From: Magnetococcales bacterium
GTDB lineage: Bacteria > Pseudomonadota > Magnetococcia > Magnetococcales > JADFXB01
Direction of reading: 5' to 3'
Assembly (NCBI GenBank): GCA_015233935.1
Contig: JADFXB010000008.1
Span: 2,532-66,531 of the forward strand
Length of the DNA: 64,000 nt
Below, in pieces: positions 55,451 to 64,000 of this stretch (the first letter of the stretch is position 1; each line of letters starts with the position of its first letter). The position numbers were made by a program, and so were the translations under genes. Below the pieces are notes generated by a model. The model saw nothing but the letters and a program-made list of their open reading frames with translations, ran no database searches and had not been told where the DNA came from.

Positions 55451-55696
55451 ATGGCTACTATCGCTTTCGACACCCTGAAGTTTACCCGCACACTCCGAGC
55501 TTCTGGCATTTCGGAAGCCCAGGCAGAAGCCATTGCCCAAGCCTTCAAGGAAGCGCAGGGCGAAGCAGATCTTGTCACCAAACTGGATCTCCAACTTGCC
55601 GTTGCCGAACTCCGCACCGACATCATCAAGTGGATGGTAAGCCTTGCCATGGGGCAGGTCGCTCTGCTGATCGGCATTCTCCTCAAAATTTCCTGA
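55451..55696 (+). CDS. DUF1640-like small coiled-coil protein with a C-terminal TM
   Basis: MATIAFDTLKFTRTLRASGISEAQAEAIAQAFKEAQ...LRTDIIKWMVSLAMGQVALLIGILLKI. Confidence 0.65.
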   Translation: MATIAFDTLKFTRTLRASGISEAQAEAIAQAFKEAQGEADLVTKLDLQLAVAELRTDIIKWMVSLAMGQVALLIGILLKIS

Positions 55697-55751
55697 ATCT
55701 TCTTGACTCTTCATACCTTCTGTCGCAGGCAATCCGTTGGAGCTTGGACAA

Positions 55752-55803
55752 TCGCAACTATATGCCGGGCAAGGCTGTATATAAAGTGAAGGGCCATCAG
55801 ATT
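55752..55803 (+). repeat. 52-bp direct repeat, copy 2 (just upstream of the GT4 start)
   Basis: Same sequence as 55206-55257 apart from one A/T difference (55217 vs 55763). Confidence 0.95.
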
Positions 55804-55821
55804 ATTGCAGGGGCCTTGATC

Positions 55822-56982
55822 ATGAAAATTCTCGCCTTGGGGAGCCGTCCACCAGATGCCCTGGGAGGGGCGGAACGCAGCCTGGCTCGCTTGATGATGC
55901 GGTTGGCCAGAACCCATGAAGTGCTCCTGGCGGTTCCTGGCCAAAGCCTACCCTGTGATCCCGGACCCCAGGATGGACAGCCGGAGCTGGTGGCCCTGCC
56001 AGAAACCATGGAACCAGAAATTCTTGAGAGAATACTGTGCAAACGGATCGCCGCAGGCTGGAAGCCGGATATCCTGGTGACCTTTGACAAAGGATGTTTC
56101 AAGAATCCAGGGATCTTGGAAGTGCTGCGGCGTCACCTGCCGGATACCCCACTGGTGGTCAAGGAGTCCACAGAAGGCAAGTTCCGGCGTTTATTGTCAG
56201 AAACCCTGCCTCCAGCGCAGGGGCGTTATGTTTTGGAAAACATCCATCGTATGGTGTGCGTATCCAAACGGGTACGCGCCAATTTTGAAGAGGCCAATCT
56301 GTTTCCCGGTCGTTTGGTTGACATTCCCAACGGGGTGGACACCAACCGCTTTCACCCCGTAACCCCTGCGGAAAAAATACGCATTCGTCAAAGTCTGGGC
56401 TTGCCGGATGAGAAAATGCCCCTGTTTTTGGTGGCGGGCCGGTTTGCGGAGAAAAAAAACCTGGATATGGTTTTCGGAGCCTGGTTCGATCTGGAACGGC
56501 GTCTGGGAAATTTTGGTTTTCTGTTACTTCTTGGTGCCCCCCACAAAGCTTATGATGTTCCCCTGTTGGATCTCTTTCGTCGCGAGTTGAAAAACGTCCG
56601 TATCGTGGCTCCAGTGCAAAAGGATGAAAACCTGGCACGTTGGTATCAGGCTTGTGACTTCCTGTTGGCACCCACTTCCAGAGAGGGGCTTTCCAATGTG
56701 TGCCTGGAAGGTATGTCCAGCGGTCTGTTCCCGGTGGTCAGCCGCGCCTCGGGGTATGAAGACCTGGTGCAGGGAGCAGAGACGGGTTTGCTGGTGGAAG
56801 AACGCAATACATCCCAACTGATTCGTGCCATGGAATTAATTCTGAAGGATCCGGCATCCTTTTCTGAACGGGGGCGGACCCACGCCCGGCAGGTAGTGGT
56901 GTCAGGGTATGATTTAACCTTGGTAGCTCAGCACTATGAGGCGTTATTTCAGGACTGTTTGCAGGAGCTTAGCCAACAATGA
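55822..56982 (+). CDS. Family 4 glycosyltransferase
   Basis: MKILALGSRPPDALGGAERSL start and the C-terminal EGLSNVCLEGMSSGLFPV (EX7E-type) block. The track ORF extends upstream to 55630 through the repeat. Confidence 0.8.
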   Translation: MKILALGSRPPDALGGAERSLARLMMRLARTHEVLLAVPGQSLPCDPGPQDGQPELVALPETMEPEILERILCKRIAAGWKPDILVTFDKGCFKNPGILEVLRRHLPDTPLVVKESTEGKFRRLLSETLPPAQGRYVLENIHRMVCVSKRVRANFEEANLFPGRLVDIPNGVDTNRFHPVTPAEKIRIRQSLGLPDEKMPLFLVAGRFAEKKNLDMVFGAWFDLERRLGNFGFLLLLGAPHKAYDVPLLDLFRRELKNVRIVAPVQKDENLARWYQACDFLLAPTSREGLSNVCLEGMSSGLFPVVSRASGYEDLVQGAETGLLVEERNTSQLIRAMELILKDPASFSERGRTHARQVVVSGYDLTLVAQHYEALFQDCLQELSQQ

Positions 56983-58058
56983 CAGGGCCTTTGATGGAAT
57001 TGGCGGGTGTTCTCCTGGAAAGGGGAGAGAGGGTATTGCAGCCCGCCTTGACCCGGCTTCGTAAAATTCTTCGAGAGGTGGTGCCAACCTCCGTCGGTGC
57101 CTGCCTGGGTGGTTCGGTAGCCGATGGACTGTTTTTTCCGGATTCCGACCTGGATCTCTACCTGGTTGGGGACCCGGACGGGGAGTTGGCACGGCAGTTG
57201 GAACAAGTATGGGAAGAGGAGGGGGGGATGCCTCCTTTGCAGGTTACCTCCTTTGGGGAATCGGTTCTGGAGCATCCAGACCCCTGGTTGCGCCATGTGA
57301 TATGGCTTCACGGCAGCAAGGTTGAAATGAATCGATTGTTGTCGGTTTTGGCTGTCCCGCAGGTATACCTGGACCATGCCCTGGAAGCAGCCCTCGAACG
57401 TAAGGCTTTGTTGCAACGTCAGTGGAGTCTTGGGTCTGGGCGATTGCGTACCCATCCCAATGGGTTGCGGGCAGCTTGGAGTGCCCGTTTTCTGGCTGCA
57501 ACCTTGCGGGATCGGAAATCCTGGCGTAACGCCCTTCTCGGTCTGAAAACCCTGCACTGGTGCGATAAGTTGGCGGGCTATTCTTCCTGGATGCCGGAAT
57601 GGACGGCATGGTTTTTTCAGGGAGGGGGTGCCTTTTCCCCACCTTCTCCTGGGCGAGAGGAGATGGTTTGTCCAATGATGCGGGTCTGTGGTCGGCTCCT
57701 GGAAAAACAATTGACCCGTAGTACCAAGGGGGCAGACCCTGGGGGCTGGTTGCGCTGGAATCTTGCCTGGTGGGGAAGGAAGGATGGGTTTCCACCCGAA
57801 TTGCCCACCGTGGCGGCGGAGGATGCCCTGGTGGCCATGGGTTTGGCCTTCAATCGGGAAACACCTCCTGCATGGTTGCCAGATCTGCTAACCCTGGCCA
57901 GAGATCGCCCCCTGATGCGCCGACGTTTATACACCCATACGCGCCTGTTGGAGTTGGAGCCAAGTCTTCGTGATCGGTTTTGGGAGCAAGCCAGTGCCAT
58001 CGAGATGGTGCCTCGGCTGCAACGTTTGATGGAAAGTCAACGGAGGATTCTGCCTTGA
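56979..58058 (+). CDS. Pol-beta-superfamily nucleotidyltransferase-domain protein with an uncharacterised Trp/Arg-rich C-terminal region
   Basis: GGSVADGLFFPDSDLDLYL fits hG[GS]-x9-13-DhDh. The ATG overlaps the GT4 stop (ATGA). Confidence 0.6.
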   Translation: MTGPLMELAGVLLERGERVLQPALTRLRKILREVVPTSVGACLGGSVADGLFFPDSDLDLYLVGDPDGELARQLEQVWEEEGGMPPLQVTSFGESVLEHPDPWLRHVIWLHGSKVEMNRLLSVLAVPQVYLDHALEAALERKALLQRQWSLGSGRLRTHPNGLRAAWSARFLAATLRDRKSWRNALLGLKTLHWCDKLAGYSSWMPEWTAWFFQGGGAFSPPSPGREEMVCPMMRVCGRLLEKQLTRSTKGADPGGWLRWNLAWWGRKDGFPPELPTVAAEDALVAMGLAFNRETPPAWLPDLLTLARDRPLMRRRLYTHTRLLELEPSLRDRFWEQASAIEMVPRLQRLMESQRRILP

Positions 58059-59335
58059 ACCTTCTGTTGGCAACGGCCCCCACCGTGGTGTTCAATCCCA
58101 CCCTGCATTATCGCTACACGGATGTGGGTGAGGTGCTGGGATATTTGCAACGGGAACGACCGGATTGGCGATTTCGTTTTTTGGATGGCCTGGTGGTTCC
58201 CGTGGAAAGTGCCATCCTGCGGGAGATTGTCCAGGGCGTGGATGGGCTGGTGTTGTTCAGCGATGTGGCAACGGCCCCAGCCACCCGGCGTCTGGCCACA
58301 CTGGCGAACCAACTGGTAGCAGACCTGCCCATTTTGGTGTATGGCAAGGGTCCCTTGCGGATACCAGCCTACTTTCAGCGTCCTCCCTTTACCGCCTGTC
58401 ATGTAGATGGAGACCAGGAACATGCCATTTTGTCCTATTTTGACGCCTTGAATGGCGATGGCCATCCAGAAGGGGTGGTTCAGGTCGGTGGCCCACCGGC
58501 CTATCCTGGTCGCCGGTTGGGTTCCGCCCTTTGGGGATGGGCCGATCTGGAGGCTCTGCCTTTGGAATCCTATCGGAACTTGGCAATTCTCAAAAAGATT
58601 CCGTTTGAACTGAGCATTTATCCATCCAAGGGATGTCACCGGGGATGCCATTATTGCGACGCCCCCCGTCACGAAGGGGATGTGGATCGCCGACGCCTGC
58701 CAGATGCCCTGGTGGCGTGGACCACTGAAGCTGTAAGGCGGTATCGTTTTGATTGCGTACAGCTTCACAGTACCGATCTCGCCGCCGACCCGGAGTGGCT
58801 CAAGGAATTTGCAAGAGCATTCGTGAAGGCGGGGTCGCCTTTTCCATGGACCTGCTGTGTTCATGGAAACACCCTGACCGAGAGCCATATGGATCTTATG
58901 GCTGCATCCGGCTGCCAACGGATCGGTCTGGGGGTGGAAAGCCTGATATTTCAGAGCAACCGGGGCTTCAAGGTTTCCCGCCGTCGGTTATCACAACTTG
59001 CATCCTATGCCAGAATGAGGGGCTTGCGGCTGAAAGGGTACATCATGGCAGGTCTTCCTGGTCAGACAGAGTATGATCTCCTGGATACCTATCTATTTTG
59101 TCTGGATCAAGGGATAGAACCCCGGGTCTCCACCTACACACCCTTCCAGGAGTTGGAAGGCTTGGATGTCTCGGTTCTGGACCAGATGGACCTGGAGCGT
59201 TGGGATCGCAAGAGTTTTTTGGTGGAGAGCCAAGCCATGCCGGTCTCCACGGTGATTCGGATGCTGGTAAGGCCACCCGATGTTGAAGATTGGGCCAGGG
59301 AGCGGTTGGCAGAGCTGACCAGGAGGACGGGATGA
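58055..59335 (+). CDS. B12-binding-domain radical SAM protein
   Basis: SKGCHRGCHYCD (CX3CX2C) after a Rossmann-like N-terminal domain. A TTG at 58055 overlaps the upstream stop; the track ORF starts at 57980. Confidence 0.75.
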   Translation: MNLLLATAPTVVFNPTLHYRYTDVGEVLGYLQRERPDWRFRFLDGLVVPVESAILREIVQGVDGLVLFSDVATAPATRRLATLANQLVADLPILVYGKGPLRIPAYFQRPPFTACHVDGDQEHAILSYFDALNGDGHPEGVVQVGGPPAYPGRRLGSALWGWADLEALPLESYRNLAILKKIPFELSIYPSKGCHRGCHYCDAPRHEGDVDRRRLPDALVAWTTEAVRRYRFDCVQLHSTDLAADPEWLKEFARAFVKAGSPFPWTCCVHGNTLTESHMDLMAASGCQRIGLGVESLIFQSNRGFKVSRRRLSQLASYARMRGLRLKGYIMAGLPGQTEYDLLDTYLFCLDQGIEPRVSTYTPFQELEGLDVSVLDQMDLERWDRKSFLVESQAMPVSTVIRMLVRPPDVEDWARERLAELTRRTG

Positions 59336-60141
59336 GTTGGGGTCATCTGCACCTTCATACCCGTGCTTCCGATGGTGATATTGATGCACAGGCGGTACGT
59401 CGGGCAGGTCTTTCGTTTGTGGCGGCCACGGATCATGATACCCTGGATGGTGCGAGACAACTGCAGGAGGTGACCGACTGGGGTATTCTCCTGATCCCAG
59501 GCATTGAATTGAGCGTGCGTTTTTCGGGCCGACGCTTTCATGTGTTGGTGTTGGAGCCGCAGCCTGCACCAGGTTTTCATGTGTTGTTGGAGGAATTGCA
59601 ACGTCAACGCAGGGAGGTCATCGCCCGCCTTCAGGAATGTATTCGAGGGGAAGGTCTGTTAACTGGCAAGCTGATCTCCTCTCGCTCCACTCCCACAAAA
59701 CGGGAAGTTGTGGACGCAGTATGGAACCATCCTGCCAATTGGCACCGGTTGCAAACTTTGGGACTGGCAAATGTGTGCGCCATGGCTCGTTATCTGATGC
59801 CCCCTGGAGATCCTGTGTGGCGCATTCCAGGGGTGGAAGCTGAGGAGATTCTTCCCTTGATTCCTGGAGTGCTGATCCTGGCCCATCCTGGCAAATCTTT
59901 GCATCTACCTGAAGAGGCTTCCATTCTGGAGTCGTGGGTCCAACATTTTCCTTTGGTTGGCCTGGAATGTGTGACACGCAAGCATACGGCCAAGGAGGAA
60001 GAGTTCTGTACCCATTTTGCTAAGGCCCACGGGCTGGTAGCCTTAACCGGCAACGATGTCCACGATGTGGCTCATTTAAATACCAACCGGACACCCCGAG
60101 GGCAATGGGAGCAGTTGCGTCAACGTTCCGTCGTAACATGA
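59332..60141 (+). CDS. PHP-family metal-dependent phosphoesterase
   Basis: MSWGHLHLHTRASDGDI...VAATDHDTLDG. ATG at 59332 overlaps the upstream stop (GATGA), with AGGAGGA upstream. Confidence 0.75.
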   Translation: MSWGHLHLHTRASDGDIDAQAVRRAGLSFVAATDHDTLDGARQLQEVTDWGILLIPGIELSVRFSGRRFHVLVLEPQPAPGFHVLLEELQRQRREVIARLQECIRGEGLLTGKLISSRSTPTKREVVDAVWNHPANWHRLQTLGLANVCAMARYLMPPGDPVWRIPGVEAEEILPLIPGVLILAHPGKSLHLPEEASILESWVQHFPLVGLECVTRKHTAKEEEFCTHFAKAHGLVALTGNDVHDVAHLNTNRTPRGQWEQLRQRSVVT

Positions 60142-60365
60142 TTAGCATGGCCAGGATCATGTGCATTACCCCACCCTGATCCACAAATGCTGGAGTCAAT
60201 CGCATTGATGATCTTTCCTCTGCAGTATGGCCATGATATAAGGTAACCCAGCTTTATCCTTGCACCTGCCTTGACCATGGCAGATTGTGTTTCGCTGACA
60301 TGACGATGCCGCCAGAAAGCTTAGAACCTCCCCTTCCCAATCCAAGACCATTCGAGTGAACCATC

Positions 60366-61244
60366 ATGATTTCTCCCTTATCTCGTTGGATCATGCTATT
60401 TGCCTCCAGCGTTTTATTCCTGAACCCCATTTCACTCAGTGCCGACCATGCCCCAGCCTTCGACGTGGCCTCCCTGCCGACCCCGGTGGTAACGGACAAG
60501 GATGGCTTCGTCAAATCCATGCAGAAGACAGGACAGGACAAAAAGATGCTCACCTGGCGTTGGGAGCGGCTGCAGGCGGTGAAAAATAATAAGGATGTCT
60601 ATCGGAGCAAGGAGGAAAAGGCTTTCCTGCTTACCGCTCGGGAAGAGTTTACCCTGGAGCGCAATAAAAGCCGCGCCTATGATCACGCATTCCTGGACAT
60701 CGGCTACGGTGTGACCATCTCCGGTCCCCATTTGGTGATGGTCATGACCTCCGCTCTGGATGTGCAACCCGAGGACCGGGTGCTGGAAATTGGCACCGGT
60801 TCCGGCTATCAGTCGGCAGTGCTGGCCCATCTTTCCAATCACGTCTATTCGGTGGAGATCATCGAACCCCTGCACGAACGCACCAAGGAAGTTTACAAGA
60901 AGCTGCTGGCGGTGGGCAATCCAGAGTATGCCAACGTCCACCTCAAGTCCGGGGATGGTTATTACGGCTGGGAAGAGCAGGGACCCTTCAACAAGATTAT
61001 CGTCACCTGCGCCATCGACCACATCCCACCCCCACTGCTCAAGCAATTAGCTCCCAACGGTATCATGGTGATCCCGGTAGGTCCCCCCGGCAAGCAATCC
61101 CTGCTGGAGGTCCACAAAGAGGTTGACCAGGACGGCAAGATTACTATCGTCCGCAAGGATGTCTACAAAGGTCGGCGATCGGTAAGTTTTGTACCCTTTA
61201 CCAGTCAGGGAGGCGGCACCTGGAGCGGAAAGGGACTTAAGTGA
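60366..61244 (+). CDS. pcm: Protein-L-isoaspartate O-methyltransferase with an N-terminal signal/anchor sequence
   Basis: VLEIGTGSGYQSAVLAHL, GDGYYGWEEQGPFNKIIVTCA and NGIMVIPVG motifs. N-terminal MISPLSRWIMLFASSVLFLNPISLSA. Confidence 0.8.
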   Translation: MISPLSRWIMLFASSVLFLNPISLSADHAPAFDVASLPTPVVTDKDGFVKSMQKTGQDKKMLTWRWERLQAVKNNKDVYRSKEEKAFLLTAREEFTLERNKSRAYDHAFLDIGYGVTISGPHLVMVMTSALDVQPEDRVLEIGTGSGYQSAVLAHLSNHVYSVEIIEPLHERTKEVYKKLLAVGNPEYANVHLKSGDGYYGWEEQGPFNKIIVTCAIDHIPPPLLKQLAPNGIMVIPVGPPGKQSLLEVHKEVDQDGKITIVRKDVYKGRRSVSFVPFTSQGGGTWSGKGLK

Positions 61245-63901
61245 GCCGCTCCCCCAGCGGGGAAAATCGGGAAACAGGGGCACACCCTCTCTTTTTCGCA
61301 GGCGTCTTCTTGACCGCTGGTGCCATCATCGCTTTGCAGATCACGGTCATGCGGCTTTTCGCCATTTCCGGCTGGGCCCATTTTGGCTCCCTGGTGGTAA
61401 GCGTGGCCATGTTTGGCTTCGGGGTGGCCAGCACGGTCATGTGCCTGTGGCAGAATGTGTTCGAACAGAAGGGGGAACGCATCGCCCGCTATGCCTTCTT
61501 CGCCTTCGGACCCCTGATGGTGTTGGGCAATGCTCTGGCGCAGGATGCCCAATTCAATCCCATCTTTCTGCTGGCGGATACAAACCAGCAATGGAAGCTT
61601 TTGGCTAACTTTTCCTGCTACGCAGCTCCATTTCTGGCCGGGGCACTGTTGCTGGGAATCGCCTTTCTTGTGGGGAGGCGGCGTTTCCAGGTCACCTACG
61701 CTGCGGATATGACCGGTTCAGGAGTGGCAGGGCTTGCTTGCCTGGCAGGCATGATGGTGCTGCCCGTGGAAGGACTACTCCTGCTGCCCCTGGCTTTGTG
61801 GTGGGCAGGGGCCATCTGCTGGTTTTTGGCATGGGAAGACCACCGTTCCATCTGGAAGGTCTCTCTGTCTGCCGTGGTCGCTTTGGGTCTGCTGGCATGG
61901 TTGCCCCAAATCCAGGTCTCTCCCTATAAGGGGGTGAGCTACGCCGCCAAGTTTCCAGATTCCCAGCGTATCTACCGCCAGTCGGGTATCCACGGTCTGC
62001 TGGAGCTTTATGCCAGTTCCTATTTTCACTTCGCGCCGGGACTCAGCGACATGGCCTCATTGGCCATGGAAGAACTGCCAGAAAATGCCTATCTGGGCAT
62101 GTACATTGACAGTGACGGCCCCATTGGGGTGATGAAGAATATCCCGGATTCCCGTAACGACTACTATCGTTATCTCCCCATGTCCATGGCCTACCTGGCC
62201 CGACCGCAACCGGAACAGGTTTTTGTCAGCCAGTTTGGCGGGGGCATTTCCACCAGGGTGGCACTTGCCTCCGGCACCCAGCACGTCACTGTGGCGGAAG
62301 GCAATCCCATGATCCTGGAGCTTTTCGCCAACCAAGGGGTGCGGGATATCACGGGCAATCTGCTGGCTGACCCTCGCATTGACGTTCTGCAAGTGGAGGG
62401 ACATCTGGCCGTTCGCCAATACAAGGGTTATTTCGACGTGGTGGATCTCAGTTTGGCTGATTCCACTGGTCTGTCCAGTCCAGGCGGCTTTGCGGTCACA
62501 GAAAAGTATCTCTACACCCAACAGGCGATAAATGCCTATATGGAGTCCCTCAAGCCGGGTGGGGTGCTGGCAGTGACGGTGTGGAACAAGGAAGACCCGC
62601 CCAAGTCCACCCTGCGCCTGTTCGCCACCCTGGCTGCGGCTGGTCGGGAACAGGCAGGGAAAAAAGTATCTGACTCCTTCTTTGTCGCCCAGGTCTTCCT
62701 CTCTACTGCCACGGTACTCTACAAGGAAGGTGGTTTTTCTCCCAAGGAGATCGCCCTCCTGAACGCCTACTGTCGGGAGATGGCCTTTGATGTTGTCTAC
62801 CAACCGGGAGATGAACCTGCACCGGATGGTGCCCAGCTTCTGGCAGGCTTCCGTAGCAATGTCCTGAAGGAAGGGGAAAGCCAAAGTAACCCGTCATCAG
62901 AAGGCTCCCTCCCCAACCAAGGCGAGGTCGGCAACCCAACCAGCACGGTCGATTACCAGGCAATCGCCCCTGATGAAGAAGAGTCATCCCTGGCAGGTCC
63001 TGATCTTTCAGTGAATACCCTCTACCGCTTCATGCTGGATCGGATGATCCGGGGCAGGGATCCAGCCGAAATTCAAGCCTACCCCTTTGATATCGCTCCT
63101 TTGACGGATGACCGGCCCTATTTTGCAGGATTTGTCCGTTTTGACGATCTGCCACGCTTTTTTGGTCGCTTCGAGGCCATCTCCGACGAGTGGGGATACT
63201 TGTTGTTGTGGGCCACCTTGGGACAGGCGGGTTTGGCGGGATTGTTGCTGCTTTCCCTGCCTGCCATTTTTGGTTGGCGGACGGTTTTTGCCCCCCAACC
63301 AGGGAAAATGGGCATCTTGGGTTTTTTCTTCTCCCTGGGACTGGGGTATATTTTGGTTGAGGTTTCCCTGATCGGCAAGTTTATCAGCGTGTTGGGTAAT
63401 GCGGTGATCTCTACCGGGGTTTTGATCACCGGCATGCTCATCAGCACCGGTCTAGGCTCCTTGTATGCCACCCGTATTGTGGATCGGGCACGGGAGGTGA
63501 TGCCCAGGGTGTTTCTGGCTATTGCCTTGATCCTGGCTCTGTACGGGGCGGGTCTTGCCTACTGGCTGCCTAGTATGAGTTCCTGGCCAGGGGGATGGCG
63601 CATGACAGCCTGCTTTCTTTTGTTGTTTCCTCCCGCCTTCTTGATGGGTTTTCCCTTCGCAACCGGTATGACTTGGCTGGCCAGGTTGGGCAAGGAACCT
63701 TTCTTCCTGTGGGCATGGGGCATCAATGGTATGTTTTCGGTGATGGGAGCGGTACTGGTCCCCATTGTGGCCGTAAATCTGGGCCTTTCTGCCAACCTTT
63801 ATCTGGCGGCGGGACTTTACCTGTTGGCTTGGCCCTGTTTCAATGCCCTTTTGCGCCCAGCATCAGCGGTCAGTGAGGGGCAAACCAGGGGAGGGGCTTG
63901 A
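61241..63901 (+). CDS. Polytopic membrane protein with a central spermidine-synthase-like (class I methyltransferase fold) domain
   Basis: About 7 N-terminal and about 7 C-terminal TM helices. Central FVSQFGGGISTRVAL...VTVAEGNPMI...DPRIDVLQVEGH...YFDVVDLSLADS...LKPGGVLAV. The GTG start overlaps the pcm stop (GTGA). Confidence 0.65.
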   Translation: MSRSPSGENRETGAHPLFFAGVFLTAGAIIALQITVMRLFAISGWAHFGSLVVSVAMFGFGVASTVMCLWQNVFEQKGERIARYAFFAFGPLMVLGNALAQDAQFNPIFLLADTNQQWKLLANFSCYAAPFLAGALLLGIAFLVGRRRFQVTYAADMTGSGVAGLACLAGMMVLPVEGLLLLPLALWWAGAICWFLAWEDHRSIWKVSLSAVVALGLLAWLPQIQVSPYKGVSYAAKFPDSQRIYRQSGIHGLLELYASSYFHFAPGLSDMASLAMEELPENAYLGMYIDSDGPIGVMKNIPDSRNDYYRYLPMSMAYLARPQPEQVFVSQFGGGISTRVALASGTQHVTVAEGNPMILELFANQGVRDITGNLLADPRIDVLQVEGHLAVRQYKGYFDVVDLSLADSTGLSSPGGFAVTEKYLYTQQAINAYMESLKPGGVLAVTVWNKEDPPKSTLRLFATLAAAGREQAGKKVSDSFFVAQVFLSTATVLYKEGGFSPKEIALLNAYCREMAFDVVYQPGDEPAPDGAQLLAGFRSNVLKEGESQSNPSSEGSLPNQGEVGNPTSTVDYQAIAPDEEESSLAGPDLSVNTLYRFMLDRMIRGRDPAEIQAYPFDIAPLTDDRPYFAGFVRFDDLPRFFGRFEAISDEWGYLLLWATLGQAGLAGLLLLSLPAIFGWRTVFAPQPGKMGILGFFFSLGLGYILVEVSLIGKFISVLGNAVISTGVLITGMLISTGLGSLYATRIVDRAREVMPRVFLAIALILALYGAGLAYWLPSMSSWPGGWRMTACFLLLFPPAFLMGFPFATGMTWLARLGKEPFFLWAWGINGMFSVMGAVLVPIVAVNLGLSANLYLAAGLYLLAWPCFNALLRPASAVSEGQTRGGA

Positions 63902-64000
63902 TCTATTGTTTGGTTCTCTTCAGTATGTCCACCAAGGGCCATTCGGGTGGGCCTGACAGAAAAATGGTCTGATGAGGGGTGTCCACAGACAGTGCATAGA

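Overview
This is a 64-kb chromosomal window from a Gram-negative bacterium. I estimate about 50-55% GC by eye. LptF/LptG, a secretin and PepA-HolC synteny support the Gram-negative call, but the taxon cannot be assigned from the window alone. I saw no rRNA, tRNA, CRISPR array, transposase or integrase. About 55 protein genes can be supported. All domain calls come from reading motifs by eye; no searches were run.

Housekeeping genes: lptFG, pepA-holC, trpS, rluB, lysC, cimA, glnB and a Moco operon (moeA-moaC-orf-moaA-mobB).

Signalling genes: three large hybrid histidine kinases, an HDOD protein, a response-regulator/HD-GYP phosphodiesterase, three canonical PilZ receptors, a CheC-like/CheD pair and an MshE-type ATPase.

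Most interesting loci, in window order:
- A low-GC single-gene ABC-ATPase/Toprim fusion (2316-4040), an OLD/PARIS-like defence candidate.
- A tightly coupled operon of GT2, a cNMP-binding+PilZ dual sensor and an AlbA_2/Schlafen-like protein (24778-28557). The last gene carries a 21-bp in-frame tandem repeat.
- A YcgR-like PilZ - CheC - CheD operon (34564-36897).
- A minimal MSHA-like secretin/TPR/ATPase/platform module with no pilins or alignment proteins in cis (39428-45166).
- A copper module (51106-55287): a poly-Pro exported protein, a Met-rich CpxP/ZraP-like protein, CopA and an exported ORF that overlaps copA. A Tat-exported 13-Cys Csp-like protein sits separately at 1822-2268.
- A DUF1640 gene bracketed by 52-bp direct repeats (55206-55803).
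- A translationally coupled GT4 / nucleotidyltransferase / B12-radical-SAM / PHP cassette (55822-60141), followed by a signal-peptide PCMT coupled to a polytopic spermidine-synthase-like protein (60366-63901).
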